Origin: Dubosiella newyorkensis
GTDB lineage: Bacteria > Bacillota_I > Bacilli_A > Erysipelotrichales > Erysipelotrichaceae
Direction: 5' to 3'
DNA: 13,740 nucleotides
Assembly: GCF_001945605.1 (NCBI RefSeq)
Contig: NZ_MPKA01000095.1
Location: 1-13,740, forward strand
Under the pieces are notes generated by a model. That model saw nothing but the letters and a program-made list of their open reading frames with translations. It was not told where the DNA came from and ran no database searches. A program made the position numbers and the translations under genes. Positions 12,599-13,740 of this stretch are shown in pieces (position 1 is the stretch's first letter; each line of letters opens with the position of its first letter).

Positions 12599-12979
12599 TA
12601 AGAAATCATACCAATAGCGACGAGCCTTTTCAACCATTTTTCTTTCGCTCTCCGAAAGAGATGTGGCCCCTTCCGGGCCATCGTTTTCGTTGTGGAAATA
12701 TCTATGATGCGTATGGGGCTGCATTCCGAGATGGGCCAGATCCAGATTGATCTCTTTAATTCGTTTACCATCTGAATCGAAATAGACAATCTTCTGCAAT
12801 TTACGATCGCCGGCTACCACATAAATCCGTCCTTTGGTCATAGTTTCCATCAGAGACTCAGACTGGCGAGATACTTTAGAGACAAACGCTATGTTCCCTT
12901 TAGTGAAATATGGTTTATATTGCGATCCATACTTGTTTCCTTTTTGGCTAAATCCAGAACTTGCCCCCCTGCCACCCAT
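12584..12979 (-). CDS. Hypothetical phage/mobile-element protein, 131 aa, with a Gly-rich N-terminus and a His cluster
   Basis: A strong SD GAGGAGGA lies 8 nt before the ATG. The product is MGGRGASSGFSQKGNKYGSQYKPY...IVYFDSDGKRIKEINLDLAHLGMQPHTHHRYFHNENDGPEGATSLSESERKMVEKARRYW. This is the only intact ORF in the decayed element. Confidence 0.7.
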   Translation of the reverse strand: MGGRGASSGFSQKGNKYGSQYKPYFTKGNIAFVSKVSRQSESLMETMTKGRIYVVAGDRKLQKIVYFDSDGKRIKEINLDLAHLGMQPHTHHRYFHNENDGPEGATSLSESERKMVEKARRYWYDFLKNRK

Positions 12980-13018
12980 CAGCGGATCCTCCTCAGCCTC
13001 TTATGGAACCGGATCAAA

Positions 13019-13156
13019 CTGAACGATCGGCGAACCTGTACAGCATTCATCCTGAACGTCTCCATAATTCGAGCCACGACCACGCTGAATATCTATGCGC
13101 ATCTTATCAATGATTTCGAGAAAGATACGATCGATGTTTTGGATTCGTTATTTTGA
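13019..13156 (+). pseudogene. Tyrosine recombinase (phage integrase) C-terminal remnant
   Basis: LNDRRTCTAFILNVS..IIRATTTLNIYAHLINDFEKDTIDVLDSLF resembles the hDLRHT.a..ll / LGH.si.tTl.iY.H end of integrases, including the catalytic Tyr context. It has substitutions and a deletion of about 10 aa, and everything upstream of box II is absent. Confidence 0.55.
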
Positions 13157-13196
13157 TTTTTTGGAAAATAGTAGCATTTTGGTAACATTCAACAAG

Positions 13197-13225
13197 AAAA
13201 AAGCCTTTAGGTGCTTTACCTAAAG
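13197..13225 (-). terminator. Rho-independent terminator after tRNA-Glu
   Basis: On the minus strand, CTTTAGGT-aaagc-ACCTAAAG (8-bp stem) is followed by GCTTTTTTC, 14 nt after the tRNA 3' end. Confidence 0.75.
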
Positions 13226-13239
13226 ACTGAGCTTACAAA

Positions 13240-13315
13240 TGGTGACGCGTACGGGATTCGAACCCGTGAATGCATGCGTGAAAGGCATGTGAGTTAACCG
13301 TTTCTCCAACGCGCC
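13240..13315 (-). tRNA. tRNA-Glu (anticodon UUC), CCA encoded
   Basis: Hand fold of GGCGCGTTGGAGAAACGGTTAACTCACATGCCTTTCACGCATGCATTCACGGGTTCGAATCCCGTACGCGTCACCA. It has a 7-bp acceptor (one G-U), anticodon stem CATGC/GCATG with loop CTTTCAC, and T-arm ACGGG-TTCGAAT-CCCGT. It is very similar to Bacillus tRNA-Glu. Confidence 0.95.
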
Positions 13316-13353
13316 ATTTAGCTTTCTGTCTTGCTTACCTCAAGTACTCACTT

Positions 13354-13382
13354 ATATTAGCATAGCTTTCCTAGGCGTGCAA
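13354..13382 (-). promoter_or_regulatory. Sigma-A promoter for tRNA-Glu
   Basis: Minus strand TTGCAC (13382-13377), 17 nt spacer, TAATAT (13359-13354), about 35 nt upstream of the mature 5' end. Confidence 0.65.
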
Positions 13383-13383
13383 G

Positions 13384-13428
13384 CAAAAAAAGAAAAAAAT
13401 TTCGATTTTTTTATAAACAAAAATCGAA
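13384..13428 (-). terminator. AT-rich terminator-like hairpin downstream of the GntR remnant
   Basis: On the minus strand, TTCGATTTTT-gtttataa-AAAAATCGAA (10-bp stem) is followed by ATTTTTTTCTTTTTTT. Confidence 0.45.
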
Positions 13429-13458
13429 CCCGTTTAGGATCCGATTCTTTCAACAAAT

Positions 13459-13662
13459 TTAATGATTATACGCGATCTTACCTGTGGAATGCATATAAGT
13501 ATAAAGATCGCTTCGATAATAGCTGATCGTGTATTCGATAATATTATTATCTTTATCGTACGTTACACGCTTGCGCGCCAATACTGGCAGCGATTTGGGG
13601 ATGTTGAGAGATTCCCGTCTTTTCAAGTTGAGTACTAACTTGTTTATAAGTTGAAGACATTT
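13459..13662 (-). pseudogene. GntR/HutC-family regulator, C-terminal (UTRA effector domain) remnant without an N-terminal wHTH
   Basis: This frame is open for only 67 codons and has no ATG upstream of the homologous part. It reads ...LNIPKSLPVLARKRVTYDKDNNIIEYTISYYRSDLYTYMHSTGKIAYNH*, which fits the L.i..g.PvL...R.tYd.d..piEy..syYRgDrY C-terminal signature of HutC-type regulators. A TGA lies immediately upstream at 13665-13663. Confidence 0.5.
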
Positions 13663-13740
13663 TCACTTGTTTGTCCCTAGTTATATCATTAAATTCCCTT
13701 TATTTTAAGGGCTTTTTTATTTTTTGTTTCTTTAAATTCT

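Larger units (their letters stand above)
12040..13160. mobile_element. Decayed integrative element (prophage/PICI-like remnant) abutting the 3' side of tRNA-Glu. Boundaries are approximate.
   Basis: It contains an integrase C-terminal remnant (13019-13156, +), an intact phage-type small gene (12584-12979, -) and a small-terminase-like pseudogene (12105-12338, -). I could not find convincing att repeats by eye. Confidence 0.5.

Noticed and set aside
12090-13200. Possible att direct repeats (TAGCATT / CATTCAA near 12098-12110 and 13171-13195; GTACG..A..GAAC near 12055-12070 versus the tRNA 3' end)
   Set aside because: The matches are only 7 nt or are gapped, so they cannot be told from chance by eye. 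Element boundaries are therefore left approximate.
13553-13660. 35-codon ATG ORF MSSTYKQVSTQLEKTGISQHPQIAASIGAQACNVR
   Set aside because: It is short, has no SD and shows no GntR wHTH pattern. It overlaps the frame that carries the UTRA-like sequence, so it is probably non-coding debris.
13696-13725. Plus-strand hairpin CCCTT-tatttt-AAGGG followed by a T-run at the right edge
   Set aside because: The stem is only 5 bp and there is no plus-strand gene upstream to terminate. Without sequence beyond the window it cannot be told from AT-rich noise.
1-13740. CRISPR arrays, rRNA genes and known defence systems (restriction-modification, toxin-antitoxin pairs, retrons, CBASS and similar)
   Set aside because: I saw no regularly spaced direct repeats. 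No ORF shows nuclease, methylase, reverse-transcriptase, cyclase or classic toxin-antitoxin motifs. The only candidate effector-like gene is the 131-aa ORF, reported separately.

Overview
This is a low-GC chromosomal segment of Bacillota (Firmicutes) type, with strong GGAGG-like Shine-Dalgarno sites and a Bacillus-like tRNA-Glu that encodes its CCA end. All coordinates and motifs were derived by hand, and every family assignment comes from motif recognition, not from searches.

- **1-1213, nested IS debris:** A partial IS3-family element (orfA plus a -1 frameshifted orfB) runs off the left edge. It is inserted into the 3' end of an IS66-family tnpC, whose GTAAGCG-type terminus lies at 1207-1213.
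- **1336-5160, minus strand:** A tightly packed four-gene operon encodes an SGNH/GDSL hydrolase, a DUF4358 protein, an MBOAT acyltransferase and a DHHW (AlgJ/AlgX-like) protein. I read it as an extracytoplasmic glycopolymer O-acylation module with unknown substrate, and it is my best candidate for an uncharacterised system.
- **5319-7767:** A divergent Cof-type HAD phosphatase gene is followed by a convergent pair. That pair is a YdjC/ChbG-type deacetylase translationally coupled (ATGA) to an ABC ATPase with no permease in the window. It sits directly behind the rplL terminator.
- **7832-10060:** rplK-rplA-rplJ-rplL is present with an internal rplJ promoter and an L10-leader attenuator. Both conserved flanks (secE-nusG upstream, rpoBC downstream) are missing.
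- **10169-11091:** The nusG position is taken by a coupled pair, a small 3-TM protein with an extremely acidic and aromatic tail and a Sel1-repeat protein.
- **11179-12003:** A lone choline/ethanolamine-kinase-family gene, possibly expressed from a leaderless mRNA.
- **about 12040-13160:** A decayed integrative element next to the 3' side of tRNA-Glu(UUC). It holds a tyrosine-integrase C-terminal remnant, one intact 131-aa gene with a Gly-rich N-terminus and a His cluster, an odd tRNA-like minihelix, and a small-terminase-like pseudogene.
- **Right edge:** A GntR/HutC C-terminal remnant.
- **Whole window:** GATC looks several-fold over-represented.

I saw no CRISPR array, no rRNA gene and no recognisable defence system.
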